DNA of 64,000 bases from assembly GCA_016929135.1 (NCBI GenBank), contig JAFGJK010000156.1, positions 63,337-127,336 of the forward strand, read 5' to 3'. A program made the position numbers and the translations under genes. The DNA comes from Spirochaetota bacterium. Its GTDB lineage: Bacteria; Spirochaetota; UBA4802; UBA5550. The notes under the pieces were generated by a model that was not told the origin of the DNA, did no database searches, and saw only the letters and a program-made list of their open reading frames with translations. Of the stretch, positions 50,681-60,334 are shown one piece after another; position 1 is the stretch's first letter; every line of letters starts with the position of its first letter.

Positions 50681-51073
50681 TTAGGCCCCGGATTCCACGT
50701 ATTCGCTGTACGCCGCGGCGTCCATCAGATCCTCCAGCTCCTTCGGGTGCTTGACCTCGATCTTGAAAATCCATCCCTTCCCGTAGGGATCATCGTTGAT
50801 AAGCTCGGGTGATTCCTCCAACTGGGTGTTCACCCCGATGATTCTTCCCGAAACCGGCGAGTATACGTCGGATACCGCCTTTACTGATTCCACCACCGCG
50901 ACCTGTTCCCTCACGCCCACCTCCATATCGACCTGCGGCAGCTCCACAAACACGATATCGGTGAGCATCTCCTGCGCATGGTCGGTAATGCCGCACACAC
51001 CGTTGAATTCGTCCTCCATGCGAACCCACTCATGATCCTTCGAATACCTCAGATCATCTGGAATCGAGCTCAT
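50681..51073 (-). CDS. gcvH: Glycine cleavage system H protein
   Basis: YSKDHEW, GITDHAQ, VESVKAVSD (lipoyl-Lys), INDDPYGKGW. Confidence 0.96.
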   Translation of the reverse strand: MSSIPDDLRYSKDHEWVRMEDEFNGVCGITDHAQEMLTDIVFVELPQVDMEVGVREQVAVVESVKAVSDVYSPVSGRIIGVNTQLEESPELINDDPYGKGWIFKIEVKHPKELEDLMDAAAYSEYVESGA

Positions 51074-51149
51074 CACATCCTCCTGGAAATGTCATAAATA
51101 ATGGTCGCAATGCTAGAACAAGTGAATAATAATTCAACAAATAATTTCA

Positions 51150-51575
51150 TTAGGAATGATAATATCCGGTCCCCTCGCGGCGGCCCACGGCACCCCGGAC
51201 CTCTTCCTGGAGCGCAAGATAGGAGGGATCTGGATTCAGTTGAATGGCCCTGGCAATATGCCTCAGGGCGGAGACGAAGTCCCCCGCCTCATTGGCGTAG
51301 AACGACATCAGGAAATGAAGGCGGTCAAAGTCGGGGTCGAGCGCCGATGCCTTACTGAGCAGGTGGATCGCGTCGTGCCAGCGCTTCAGTTTCCCGTAGA
51401 CCTCCGCCAGCGTGATGTAGGCATAAATAAAATTCTCGTTCAGATCTATGGCTCGCTTGAGGAACTGTTCTGCCTTGGCCAGGTCGTTCTGTTCAATCCA
51501 CTGGCATCCGATCTCGTAGCTGTCCTCGGACTCCTGGTACTGATACTCCCTGTGCACGAGTTCCCGATGCTTCAT
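51150..51575 (-). CDS. Tetratricopeptide repeat protein
   Basis: Three TPR-like repeats (KAEQFLKRAIDLNE, DAIHLLSKASALDP, SALRHIARAIQLNP). Confidence 0.82.
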   Translation of the reverse strand: MKHRELVHREYQYQESEDSYEIGCQWIEQNDLAKAEQFLKRAIDLNENFIYAYITLAEVYGKLKRWHDAIHLLSKASALDPDFDRLHFLMSFYANEAGDFVSALRHIARAIQLNPDPSYLALQEEVRGAVGRREGTGYYHS

Positions 51576-51576
51576 G

Positions 51577-52239
51577 TCAGCTCCCGGTCAGCCGTAGAAC
51601 CCTTGCGAGAAATTCCTCGGTCTCCCCTTCAGCGACTGCGGTGTTCAACTCCCGCAGCAATTCGTCGCTCTGCACGATCGTCTTCAGCAGTCTCCCCCTC
51701 CCCGGGGAATCTATTGTGGCGAAGGCATCGCTCTTCTGTAGCAGGGTTCGCGCCACCTTCAGAGCCTCCAACGTATCCTCCAGATCCGGAGGGAGAAATG
51801 CCTCGATGTCGCGGCGTATCCGCGCCGCCATGGCGGGAGAGTTCCCCCCCGTTGAGACGCTCACCGTGAGGTCGCCCCGCTGCAGGGTCGAGGGGACGAT
51901 AAAGGTGCAGTGTTCCGGATCGTCCACGGCATTGAGGAACAGGTTCCTCGATTTCGCCTCGCCGAGCACCGCCCGGTTGACGGATGGATCGTTCGTGGCT
52001 GAAAAGACGAGCGCCGCACCCTCCAGGTCACCCGGCTCATAGGTCCTGACGAGCATCCGGAGTCTGCCGTCGGAGGCAGCGGCCAGCGATTCCAGCTCAC
52101 CGCAGATATGAGGAGCCACTACGGTGACCATGGCTCCACGGCCCAGGAGCTCCTCCACCTTGCGCAGGGCCACATCGCCGCCGCCGATCACCACGACCGG
52201 CAGGCCCTCTATGTTCAGGAGCACGGGGTAGTAGTTCAT
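51577..52239 (-). CDS. Precorrin-2 dehydrogenase / sirohydrochlorin ferrochelatase (SirC / CysG-N)
   Basis: YYPVLL, VIGGGDVALRK, NAVDDPEHCTF, VSTGGNSP. Confidence 0.92.
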   Translation of the reverse strand: MNYYPVLLNIEGLPVVVIGGGDVALRKVEELLGRGAMVTVVAPHICGELESLAAASDGRLRMLVRTYEPGDLEGAALVFSATNDPSVNRAVLGEAKSRNLFLNAVDDPEHCTFIVPSTLQRGDLTVSVSTGGNSPAMAARIRRDIEAFLPPDLEDTLEALKVARTLLQKSDAFATIDSPGRGRLLKTIVQSDELLRELNTAVAEGETEEFLARVLRLTGS

Positions 52240-52249
52240 TCCTCCCGCC

Positions 52250-53524
52250 TCAGGTACAGAGGAACTCCCCCGGTACGGGGAAATCCTCTCCTCGTCTCTT
52301 CAGTTCCTCCGCCATCTCGCCGGTGAGGCCGATCTCATCATCGGTGAGATAGCACTGCGGATCCGGAGCCCAGGGATCGCCGTAGGTCCTGAAGGCCCTG
52401 ACACGCATGGCGCCGTTGCACAGCTCCCGGTGCATGCAGAGGCGGCACCTCCCCTTTATTCGCCCGGGTTTGTGCTTCAGGCCGTGCATCAGATCGTCGC
52501 CTTCGTCGAGCCAGATCTCCCCGAAGCTCCTGTTCCGCACGTTCCCGAAGGAGTGGTCCTGCCAGAACTGATCCGGGTGAACCTCGCCGAAAAAATCGAC
52601 GCACCCTATCCCCACCCCCGTGGAATTGGCGCCACCGCCGTTCCATGTCAGGAGACGATGCACCTCCGCCGCACGGGCCGGGTCCTTCTCCCTCAGTCTG
52701 AGATAAAGATACACACCGTCACAGTGGTTGTCCACGGTGAGTATGTTTATATCGAGTCCCCGCCTGAAATAGTCCTCGGTCCTGTCCAGGATAGTGTCCA
52801 TGGCCTGGCGCGATTCGCAGTGCGTCAGGTCGTCGGCGAAGAGGTCCTTCCCCCTGCCGGAATAGACGAGATGATAAAAGCAGGCCCTGTTGATGCGCTC
52901 CTTTTCGATGAAGTCGAAGATGCGGTCCAGATCCCGGTAGTTCCTCTTGGTCAGGGTGAGCCGGAGCCCCACCCGCTGCCCCACAGCAACGCACTGCTCA
53001 AAGCCCTTCATGGCCCTGGCGAAGGCGCCCCGCACCCCCCTGAAGAGATCGTTGTTCTCCTCCATGCCGTCCAGGCTGATCCCCACGTAGACGACGCCGG
53101 TATCCTTGATCGCCCTGGCGGCGTCACGGTCGATGAGGGTGCCGTTGGTGGATATGACCGGCCGTATGGAACGGTCCGAGGCGTGCCCGATCAGTGTGAA
53201 GAGGTCCTTTCTCATCAGGGGCTCGCCTCCGGAGAAAAGAAGCGAGGGCACCGTGAAATCGGCGAGGTCTTCGATGAACCTCTTCCCCTCCTCGGTGGTG
53301 AGCTCGCCCGCGTAGACCCGGTTGTCTGAATCGGTGTAGCAGTGGACGCACTTCAGGTTGCACGACCTGGTGACGTTCCACACCACGATGGGTCGTCGCT
53401 CCGATGCGGATTTCGGCACGGGATGGGGACTGTTGCCGTGGGCGTCCTGCACCCCCTCAATGCCATAGCGTATCGTATCGCCGGTGGAAATGCCCCGGCA
53501 GCTCAATTTCCCGATGTCAATCAC
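52250..53524 (-). CDS. ahbC: 12,18-didecarboxysiroheme deacetylase (radical SAM)
   Basis: MIDIGKL..IRYG, RPIVVWNVTRSCNLKCVHCY, CFYHLVYSGRG, TVDNH.DG, VHPDQFW, DPQCYL. Confidence 0.88.
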   Translation of the reverse strand: MIDIGKLSCRGISTGDTIRYGIEGVQDAHGNSPHPVPKSASERRPIVVWNVTRSCNLKCVHCYTDSDNRVYAGELTTEEGKRFIEDLADFTVPSLLFSGGEPLMRKDLFTLIGHASDRSIRPVISTNGTLIDRDAARAIKDTGVVYVGISLDGMEENNDLFRGVRGAFARAMKGFEQCVAVGQRVGLRLTLTKRNYRDLDRIFDFIEKERINRACFYHLVYSGRGKDLFADDLTHCESRQAMDTILDRTEDYFRRGLDINILTVDNHCDGVYLYLRLREKDPARAAEVHRLLTWNGGGANSTGVGIGCVDFFGEVHPDQFWQDHSFGNVRNRSFGEIWLDEGDDLMHGLKHKPGRIKGRCRLCMHRELCNGAMRVRAFRTYGDPWAPDPQCYLTDDEIGLTGEMAEELKRRGEDFPVPGEFLCT

Positions 53525-54555
53525 TTCGCGGTATCCCTGTTGTTCCAGTTTTTAAAGAGAGGCGAGAAATAGATCACCTTCTCCTTTTTCAGCTCCCTCA
53601 GTGTGGTGAGCACTATATGATCCACCACGCCCGAATCACGCGCCAGCCGCGCAATGATGGCGGCCAGCTCCCCATCGCTCTTCGCGTGAATCATGGCGAA
53701 GAGGGGATACTCCCATCTCCCCGGATGCACCGTGCGCCGGTAGATGTGGGTGATGGCCCCCTCCCTGCCGAAACGCTCCGCCACACCGTCGATCTCTTCA
53801 GGTCGGAGGGGCCGCCATGCCGTCATGGCGTTCGCCCTGAATCCGGTATGAGCGGGCCGTATCACCGCAGAGTAGCGGCGCATATAGCCGGTCCGCTTCA
53901 TCGCGTCTCCGATGGAGAGGAGTGAGCCCGGGGCGAGTCTACTTTCGGATTCCTTCACGAGCCTTTCGAAGGGCTCTCTCTCCAGGGGGAGGTCCTGCTG
54001 GAGGAGCAGTATTGCATCGCGCTCCGCGGCGCTGAAGGGCCGCGTCGCCGGCCTCGATCGCGCCGGTGCCGGCATGTCCCCGTTGTCCTCATCGTCGCCC
54101 CCCACGTTCAACCTGAGGCCGATCTTGTACATCTTCTCATTCTTGAAACTCAATACGTCTGTCGCGCCCGCCCTTTCTGCGATAGAGCGGACCGTTTCAG
54201 CGAGCAGTTCCTCCCGTTCCTCCGCCAGGGTGAACCAGAGATTGTAGCGGTGGTCTCTGAGATAGTTATGGCTCACGCCGGGATGTGAGTTGATGACCTC
54301 CGCCGCTTCCTCGATGCGCTCCCCAGGGACCTGCAGCGCCACCAGTGTCGACGAATAGCCGAGGCCCGACGGCTCGAATATTCCGGCGATATTCCGCACC
54401 GATCGGCGCCGCTTCAGGGCCCCGATGGTTTCTATCACCGTCTCCTCGGGGAGTCCGATCTCGGTACCGATCTCGCTGAAGGGCCGTTCCACCAGGGGAA
54501 TGTCCTTCTGGATCCTGTTGAGCACCTTCGTCTCTGTCCCGGTGAACACCGTCAT
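53521..54555 (-). CDS. Fused siroheme decarboxylase AhbA/AhbB (NirDL/GH-like)
   Basis: Two AsnC-like halves: IQKDIPLVERPF..GVSHNYLR and LQQDLPLEREPF..ANAMTAW..ITHIYRR..WEYPLFAMIH. Confidence 0.88.
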   Translation of the reverse strand: MTVFTGTETKVLNRIQKDIPLVERPFSEIGTEIGLPEETVIETIGALKRRRSVRNIAGIFEPSGLGYSSTLVALQVPGERIEEAAEVINSHPGVSHNYLRDHRYNLWFTLAEEREELLAETVRSIAERAGATDVLSFKNEKMYKIGLRLNVGGDDEDNGDMPAPARSRPATRPFSAAERDAILLLQQDLPLEREPFERLVKESESRLAPGSLLSIGDAMKRTGYMRRYSAVIRPAHTGFRANAMTAWRPLRPEEIDGVAERFGREGAITHIYRRTVHPGRWEYPLFAMIHAKSDGELAAIIARLARDSGVVDHIVLTTLRELKKEKVIYFSPLFKNWNNRDTAK

Positions 54556-55604
54556 CCCCCTGCCCGTTTCGGGACATAGACGCAGTAGGGCTCTTCCGCC
54601 AGGTGGTTCCCGGTCTCGTAGAAGGCCCTGGCCCTGCAGCCGGCGCAGAAGGCCCGGTATTCGCAGTGTCCGCACTTCCCCTGGAGACCGGAGAGGTCCC
54701 TGAGGGAGGCAAAAATACCTGAATTCTCCCAAATCTCCCGGAAGGGGTTCTCCGTGACGTTGCCAGCCACAAGGGGGAGATATCCGCAGGGCTGTACGTC
54801 TCCTCTGTGGGAAATGAAGCAGACCCCGGTCCCGGCGAGACAGCCCCTGGTGATTGCCGACATCCCGTCGCTCTCGAAGGTGATCTGCCGCCCCTCCCGG
54901 GCCGCCCGCTGGCGGATTATCCTGTAGTAATGGGGCGCACAGGTGGCCTTCAGCTCCATGGTCACCCGTTTGGACACGTCGTAAAACCAGTTGAGCACCT
55001 CCTCGTAGCGCTCCTTGTGTATCATGTCGGACTCGGCGATCTCCACTCCGCACCCCACCGGCACCAGCATGAACAGGTGCAGCGCCCGGGCTCCCAGTCT
55101 CGTGGCGAGGTCCACGATCCTCTCCAGGGAGTCCACGTTCCTCCTGGTGACGGTGGTGTTGATCTGGAACTCGACACCGGCCTCCTTCAGGAATCCTATC
55201 CCCCTCAGTGCCTCTTCGAAGCAGCCGGGGATTCCCCGAAAACTGTCGTGCATCGCGGCATCGGCACCGTCCAGTGAGACGCTCACCCTTCCGATGCCGG
55301 CCGAGCGGATCCTTTCGGCCGTATCGGCGGTGATGAGGGTGCCGTTGGTGGCCAGGGCCACCGTCAGTCCCTTCGCCGAGGCGTACGTCGCGATGTCGAA
55401 CACATCGTGCCGGTAGAGGGGTTCGCCGCCGGTGAGGATCAGTATCGGGGTGTAGGAACCTGCGATATCGTCGATGATCCTGATGATCTCATCGTACACG
55501 AGGTCGTCACTCTCCTGCGCCTCGGCCTCGGCGCGGCAATGCAGGCAGCTCAGGTTACAACGCTTAGTGAGCTCCCAGAATATAAGTCGGGGTACGTTTT
55601 TCAT
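54552..55604 (-). CDS. ahbD: Haem b synthase (radical SAM/SPASM)
   Basis: PRLIFWELTKRCNLSCLHCRA, LVPVGCG, LKATCAPHYYRI, GCLAG, QPCGY. Confidence 0.9.
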   Translation of the reverse strand: MKNVPRLIFWELTKRCNLSCLHCRAEAEAQESDDLVYDEIIRIIDDIAGSYTPILILTGGEPLYRHDVFDIATYASAKGLTVALATNGTLITADTAERIRSAGIGRVSVSLDGADAAMHDSFRGIPGCFEEALRGIGFLKEAGVEFQINTTVTRRNVDSLERIVDLATRLGARALHLFMLVPVGCGVEIAESDMIHKERYEEVLNWFYDVSKRVTMELKATCAPHYYRIIRQRAAREGRQITFESDGMSAITRGCLAGTGVCFISHRGDVQPCGYLPLVAGNVTENPFREIWENSGIFASLRDLSGLQGKCGHCEYRAFCAGCRARAFYETGNHLAEEPYCVYVPKRAGG

Positions 55605-56914
55605 TTTATGCTTTTAAACAGTTCGTCCACAATCGTTTCGATGTCCACGTGGCCGCTTGATTTCGACGCCTGGTACCGCTTGATCGCCATGATGGGATTG
55701 TGGAGCGTCTTGGTCATGATCTGATGCGTCATCTCGTCCAGTATCCTGAAATCCTCCTCCGAGAGGTGCTTCAGCTTCCTCCTCCGGTACTTCTCCAGCT
55801 CCTTCTTCCTGACCTCGTTGAAGCTGCGCCGCATCTTCGTGATCAGCGGAACCACCTCAAGCTCGTCGTACCATTTCATGAACTCGCCGGTATCGGCGGC
55901 GATGATCTGCCTCGCCAGGTCCACCTCGTTGAGCCGGTTCTTCATGTTGGCCTGGGCGATCATCTTCAGGTCGTCGATATCGAAGAGGTGCACGCCATTG
56001 ACCTCCCGAGACGCGGGCTCGATGTTCCTGGGCACCGCGATGTCGATCATGAAGAGGGCGCGCCCGTGCCTGCGCTTCATGATCTTATCCGCCATGGGGC
56101 GCGTGACCAGGTAATCCTGGCACGTCACCGAGGTGATAATGATGTCGCTCTCGCAGGCGTTCTCGACAATGTCGTTCAGCGTTACGACGTTCGCCTTTAT
56201 ATTGAAGTCCTTTATTATTCTCTCGGCGTTATGGAGCGACCTGTTGGCAATGGTAACCCCGCCTATCTTCTGCTTGGACAGGTATTTCACTATCAGTTCG
56301 CCCATCTCGCCTGCGCCTATCAACAGTGCCCTTCTGTCGGCGAGATCGCCCAGGACACTCACTGCCTGCTCTGTGGCGATATAGGCGATGGAGAGCGGAT
56401 TCTGCGAGATGTCTGTCTCGGTCTTGACCCTCTTGGCGGTGCTGAAGGCCTGGTGGAAGAGCCTGTTCATGAGCATTCCGGTGTTTGTGCACTGCACCGC
56501 CGTTCGGTAGGCGGCCTTGACCTGGCTCAGTATCTCGTTCTCTCCTATCACCATCGAATCGAGCGATGATGTCACGGTGAAGAGGTGCGTCACCGCCTCG
56601 CCCGAAAATTTCCTGTAGAGATAGGGTTCGAACTCGGAGCGGGCCATGCCTGAATGCGCCTCCAGGAGTCCGATGCACCGGTCCAGCGCCTCATCGGGAT
56701 GCAGCGCCGTAAAGTATATGGACACCCTGTTGCAGGTGGAGATGTACACCATCTCCTCGATCCCCGCCTCTCTGGCCTTCTCGAAGAAGGCCGGTTGCTC
56801 CTCGGCCGTCAGCGCAAAGCGCTCCCGTATTTCCACCGGCGCCGATTTGTGGCTGATGCCGAGGAGTATGAATTCCGGTATATTCCGCCTTTCCCTGTGT
56901 CTTTTGGTCATCAT
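55601..56914 (-). CDS. hemA: Glutamyl-tRNA reductase
   Basis: GISHKSAPVEIRE, STCNR, SLDSMVIGENEIL.Q, GAGEMG, DIAVPRNIE. Confidence 0.96.
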   Translation of the reverse strand: MMTKRHRERRNIPEFILLGISHKSAPVEIRERFALTAEEQPAFFEKAREAGIEEMVYISTCNRVSIYFTALHPDEALDRCIGLLEAHSGMARSEFEPYLYRKFSGEAVTHLFTVTSSLDSMVIGENEILSQVKAAYRTAVQCTNTGMLMNRLFHQAFSTAKRVKTETDISQNPLSIAYIATEQAVSVLGDLADRRALLIGAGEMGELIVKYLSKQKIGGVTIANRSLHNAERIIKDFNIKANVVTLNDIVENACESDIIITSVTCQDYLVTRPMADKIMKRRHGRALFMIDIAVPRNIEPASREVNGVHLFDIDDLKMIAQANMKNRLNEVDLARQIIAADTGEFMKWYDELEVVPLITKMRRSFNEVRKKELEKYRRRKLKHLSEEDFRILDEMTHQIMTKTLHNPIMAIKRYQASKSSGHVDIETIVDELFKSIK

Positions 56915-56956
56915 ATCATATGGATTGAAATCGACGCGGAGCGATAATTCACCGCA

Positions 56957-58249
56957 TCACTTCAGTATCTCCCGCAGCGATTCCGCCGCGGCGTCGGCGG
57001 TCCTCTCTATCTCGCCGTCTCCATGCGTCGTCGAGAGAAATCCCACCTCATACCCCGACGGCGAGAGATACACGCCCCGTTTCAGCATCTCCCCGTGGAA
57101 GCGGGCGAAGAGCTTCATATCCGAGGCCTTCACATGCTCCAGGTTCCTCACCGATGTGCCGGAATTGAAATAGAGGGCGAATATCGATTCCAGTTGGAGG
57201 AAGAGTACCCTCCCCCGGTATTGATCGAGAACAGGGCCGAGACGCTGCTTCAGCCTCATCGCACGGTTTTGCAACGTGCCGTAGGCATCGATGGCCTCGA
57301 GCCTGCGCAGCGTGGCGATGCCGGCGGCCATTGCCAGAGGATTCCCCGATAGCGTGCCGGCCTGGTATACGGGCCCCTCCGGCGCCACGAGGCTCATGAT
57401 CTCCCGAGACGCGCCGTACGCCCCCACCGGGAGCCCCCCGCCGATGATCTTTCCCAGCGTTGTGATATCGGCCCTGACGCCAAAGTATTCCTGGGCCCCG
57501 CCGGGGGCGAGCCGCAGTCCCGTGATCACCTCGTCGAATATGAGCAGCACCCCATGGCGATCGCAGAGCTCCCGTACCCCCTTCAGGTATCCGGCATCGG
57601 GGACGATGAGCCCGTAGTTGCAGGGGACCGGCTCCAGGATGAAGGCCGCCACCGTCCCATCGTGCCTCTTCAGCGTCTCCTCCAGGGCCCCCAGGTCGTT
57701 ATAGGGGATCACCAGGGTGTCCCTTGCGTTGCCGGGGGTGACCCCGGCGGAATCCGGCGTGCCGAAGGTGGCCAGCCCGGATCCGCCCGCCACCAGCAGA
57801 TGGTCCGCATGGCCGTGGTAGCACCCGTCGCATTTGATTATCCTTTCTTTCCCGGTATACCCCCGGGCGAGCCTGATGGCGCTCATGGTGGCCTCGGTAC
57901 CGGAACTCACGAATCGCATCTTCTCCATGGAGGCGAAGCGGCCCGTCACCGCTTCGGCGATTTCCACCTCGTACCTATTGGGTGTGCCGAAGCTGGTCCC
58001 CTTCGCCGCCGCGCCGGTCACCGCCGCGACGACCTCGTCGTCGGCGTGCCCGAGGATCAGGGGGCCCCATGACATGCAGTAGTCGATGAACTCGTTGCCG
58101 TCCTCGTCCCAGATCCTGGCCCCCTTCCCCTTCTGGATAAAGAGGGGCTCCCCCCCGACGGATTTAAAGGCCCGCACCGGAGAGTTCACCCCGCCCGGCA
58201 GGAGCTCCTGGGCCCTCCTGTACAGTTCCCGCGATCGCCCGATCTCCAT
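56957..58249 (-). CDS. hemL: Glutamate-1-semialdehyde 2,1-aminomutase
   Basis: PGGVNSPVRAF, SGTEATM, FDEVITG, GKIIGGGLP; alternative start at 58267. Confidence 0.96.
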   Translation of the reverse strand: MEIGRSRELYRRAQELLPGGVNSPVRAFKSVGGEPLFIQKGKGARIWDEDGNEFIDYCMSWGPLILGHADDEVVAAVTGAAAKGTSFGTPNRYEVEIAEAVTGRFASMEKMRFVSSGTEATMSAIRLARGYTGKERIIKCDGCYHGHADHLLVAGGSGLATFGTPDSAGVTPGNARDTLVIPYNDLGALEETLKRHDGTVAAFILEPVPCNYGLIVPDAGYLKGVRELCDRHGVLLIFDEVITGLRLAPGGAQEYFGVRADITTLGKIIGGGLPVGAYGASREIMSLVAPEGPVYQAGTLSGNPLAMAAGIATLRRLEAIDAYGTLQNRAMRLKQRLGPVLDQYRGRVLFLQLESIFALYFNSGTSVRNLEHVKASDMKLFARFHGEMLKRGVYLSPSGYEVGFLSTTHGDGEIERTADAAAESLREILK

Positions 58250-58263
58250 TCCTTCCTTCACCC

Positions 58264-59235
58264 TCATAAAAGTTCCTGCCGGAACACGTCCCTGGTGTGA
58301 TACGAGATTATCATGTCGGCGCCGGCGCGGAAGATCGATGTCAGGATCTCCGTCACCAGCGCCTGCTCGTTCGCGAATCCCCTCTCCCCCATGAGCTTCA
58401 CCATGGAGTACTCGCCGCTGACGTTGTAGGCGCACAGGGGGAGCAGCACCTCGTCCCTGACCCGCGAGATGATGTCCAGGTAGGAAAGGGCCGGCTTCAC
58501 CATGACGATGTCGGCCCCCTCCTCGATGTCCAGCGCCACCTCCCGAAGGGCCTCCCTGGCGTTCCTGAAGTCCATCTGGTAGGACTTTCGGTCGCCGAAG
58601 CGGGGCGCGCTCCCGGCCGCCTCCCTGAAGGGTCCGTAAAAGGCCGAGGCGTACTTTGCCGCGTAGGACATTATCGGCAGGTCGGAGAATCCGCCGTCAT
58701 CCAGGACCCTGCGTATCGCCTCTACCCGTCCGTCCATCATGTCCGAGGGGGCCACGATGTCGGCCCCCGCCTCGGCGTGACTCAGGGCGGTCTTCGCGAT
58801 CAGGTCCATGGAGGGATCGTTCTGCACCCCCTTCTCCGAGACCACGCCGCAGTGCCCGTGATCGGTGTACTCGCAGAGGCAGACGTCGGTGATGCACAGG
58901 ATCTCAGGGAACCTCTTCTTTATCTCGCGAACGCCCCGCTGGATGATCCCCCGGGGGTCGTAGGCGCCGGAGCCCACGGCGTCCTTATGCGCCGGGATGC
59001 CGAAGAGGAGGATGCTGTGAATGCCAAGGGAGAGATCGCTCTCCAGTTCGCCCAGCAGCAAGTCCACGGATACGCGGCTGATCCCCGGCATTGAGGGGAT
59101 CTCCTCACGCACCCCCTCCCCCTCCACCAGGAAATGGGGCATGATGAGCTTCTTCCTGTCCGGTATCGTTTCCGCCACCAAGGTCCTGACGGCGGCTGAG
59201 CCGCGGTTTCTTCTGGGTCTGTGGATCAATCTCAT
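58264..59235 (-). CDS. hemB: Porphobilinogen synthase
   Basis: DVCLCEYTDHGHCG, APSDMMDGR, FYGPFR, MVKPAL.YLD. Confidence 0.97.
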   Translation of the reverse strand: MRLIHRPRRNRGSAAVRTLVAETIPDRKKLIMPHFLVEGEGVREEIPSMPGISRVSVDLLLGELESDLSLGIHSILLFGIPAHKDAVGSGAYDPRGIIQRGVREIKKRFPEILCITDVCLCEYTDHGHCGVVSEKGVQNDPSMDLIAKTALSHAEAGADIVAPSDMMDGRVEAIRRVLDDGGFSDLPIMSYAAKYASAFYGPFREAAGSAPRFGDRKSYQMDFRNAREALREVALDIEEGADIVMVKPALSYLDIISRVRDEVLLPLCAYNVSGEYSMVKLMGERGFANEQALVTEILTSIFRAGADMIISYHTRDVFRQELL

Positions 59236-59389
59236 GGTTCAGACATCATATCCAGGATATCAGATACTTATCAGGAATGGTGGTTATTTTGGCAAGTAAT
59301 TTAATGTTCAAATTCCATCCGGTGTAGTCCGGTGCGGGACCCCGCGGTCATGGAAAAGAGTGCCGCAACTCGCCCGATGATCCTTTGCA

Positions 59390-60028
59390 TCAATCCTCTC
59401 GGTGGGATCGTCGCCTCAGCCGTCTGTACGAGCGCTCCCCCTCCAGAATCAGAAAACCGGAGACCGTCACATAGTCGGTGGCGTCCCCCGGATCCACTGA
59501 AAAAACCCGGTGGAGCAGCAGCGTCGCCAGAATGACATAACACAGGATCATCGCCGCCCTGAGAGGGGTCGGCAGCGCCTTCAATCGCGGCTCCACCATA
59601 TATCCGCCGCCATGGCGCTCCACGAAGACGAGAAGGAGCAGCACCAGGGATACCAGCGCCTGCAGCGTATAGATCAGCTGCGCCAACACCTCCACCGGCG
59701 ATGGGGTAAAGGGCCGCATGTAGACGAGCGACTGCAGCATGACGGAGATCATCGTGGATCCCAGGAGGACCAGCATCGATGCCAGAGGTCTCCACTCTTC
59801 CGGGGGTTTTACACAGCTCACAACGAGCACGACGGTGCCGTACAGGTACAGCACCATGGGCAATCTACGGTTCATTGCCAGGAGCGACGTTATGGGGTGG
59901 GGGCGGCCGAAGTACAGGCTATGAAATACGGCGGTGGCGAACATCAGAAGCGTGTATTCCATGCTCACGGCCGGTGAGATGACATTCCTGAATACCCTTG
60001 AAATCGAGTTCCCGAGTTTCTGTATCAT
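59390..60028 (-). CDS. Hypothetical integral membrane protein
   Basis: ~212 aa with 5-6 hydrophobic segments; start uncertain. Confidence 0.6.
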   Translation of the reverse strand: MIQKLGNSISRVFRNVISPAVSMEYTLLMFATAVFHSLYFGRPHPITSLLAMNRRLPMVLYLYGTVVLVVSCVKPPEEWRPLASMLVLLGSTMISVMLQSLVYMRPFTPSPVEVLAQLIYTLQALVSLVLLLLVFVERHGGGYMVEPRLKALPTPLRAAMILCYVILATLLLHRVFSVDPGDATDYVTVSGFLILEGERSYRRLRRRSHRED

Positions 60029-60334
60029 CCCCCACCCATGAACAGATAACAGAGCGATATCATCGCACCCTGCCACATATATTCGCTCAGTCAAGGGATA
60101 TTTGCCCAGAAAGAGCGCAACCGGCACGGGATAGGTGAAGATCCGAAGGCGCGGGGACACAGGGACGTCCGGCAAAGGAATTCTCCAGACGCATTTTTGT
60201 CACAAGGTTCATCATAATATGAAGAAAAATCGTTGAAAAAAAATGCGATCCACTGGGTATTCGATCATTATGCCTGTACTCCCAAACTCTTCTGCAACAG
60301 CTCCCGTGGCGTCGCCACCACGGAGGGTACGCCG

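Noticed and set aside
53521..55053. 510-aa ORF read as one long protein
   Set aside because: The first 166 codons overlap ahbD in another frame; the real start is ATG 54555 (ATGA coupling).
60105..60192. Glycine-riboswitch-like fragments (CCGAAGGCGC..AATTCTCCAG) upstream of hemC
   Set aside because: The GGAGA and CTCTCAGG core and convincing stems are missing, and the context is wrong. An Rfam scan would settle it.
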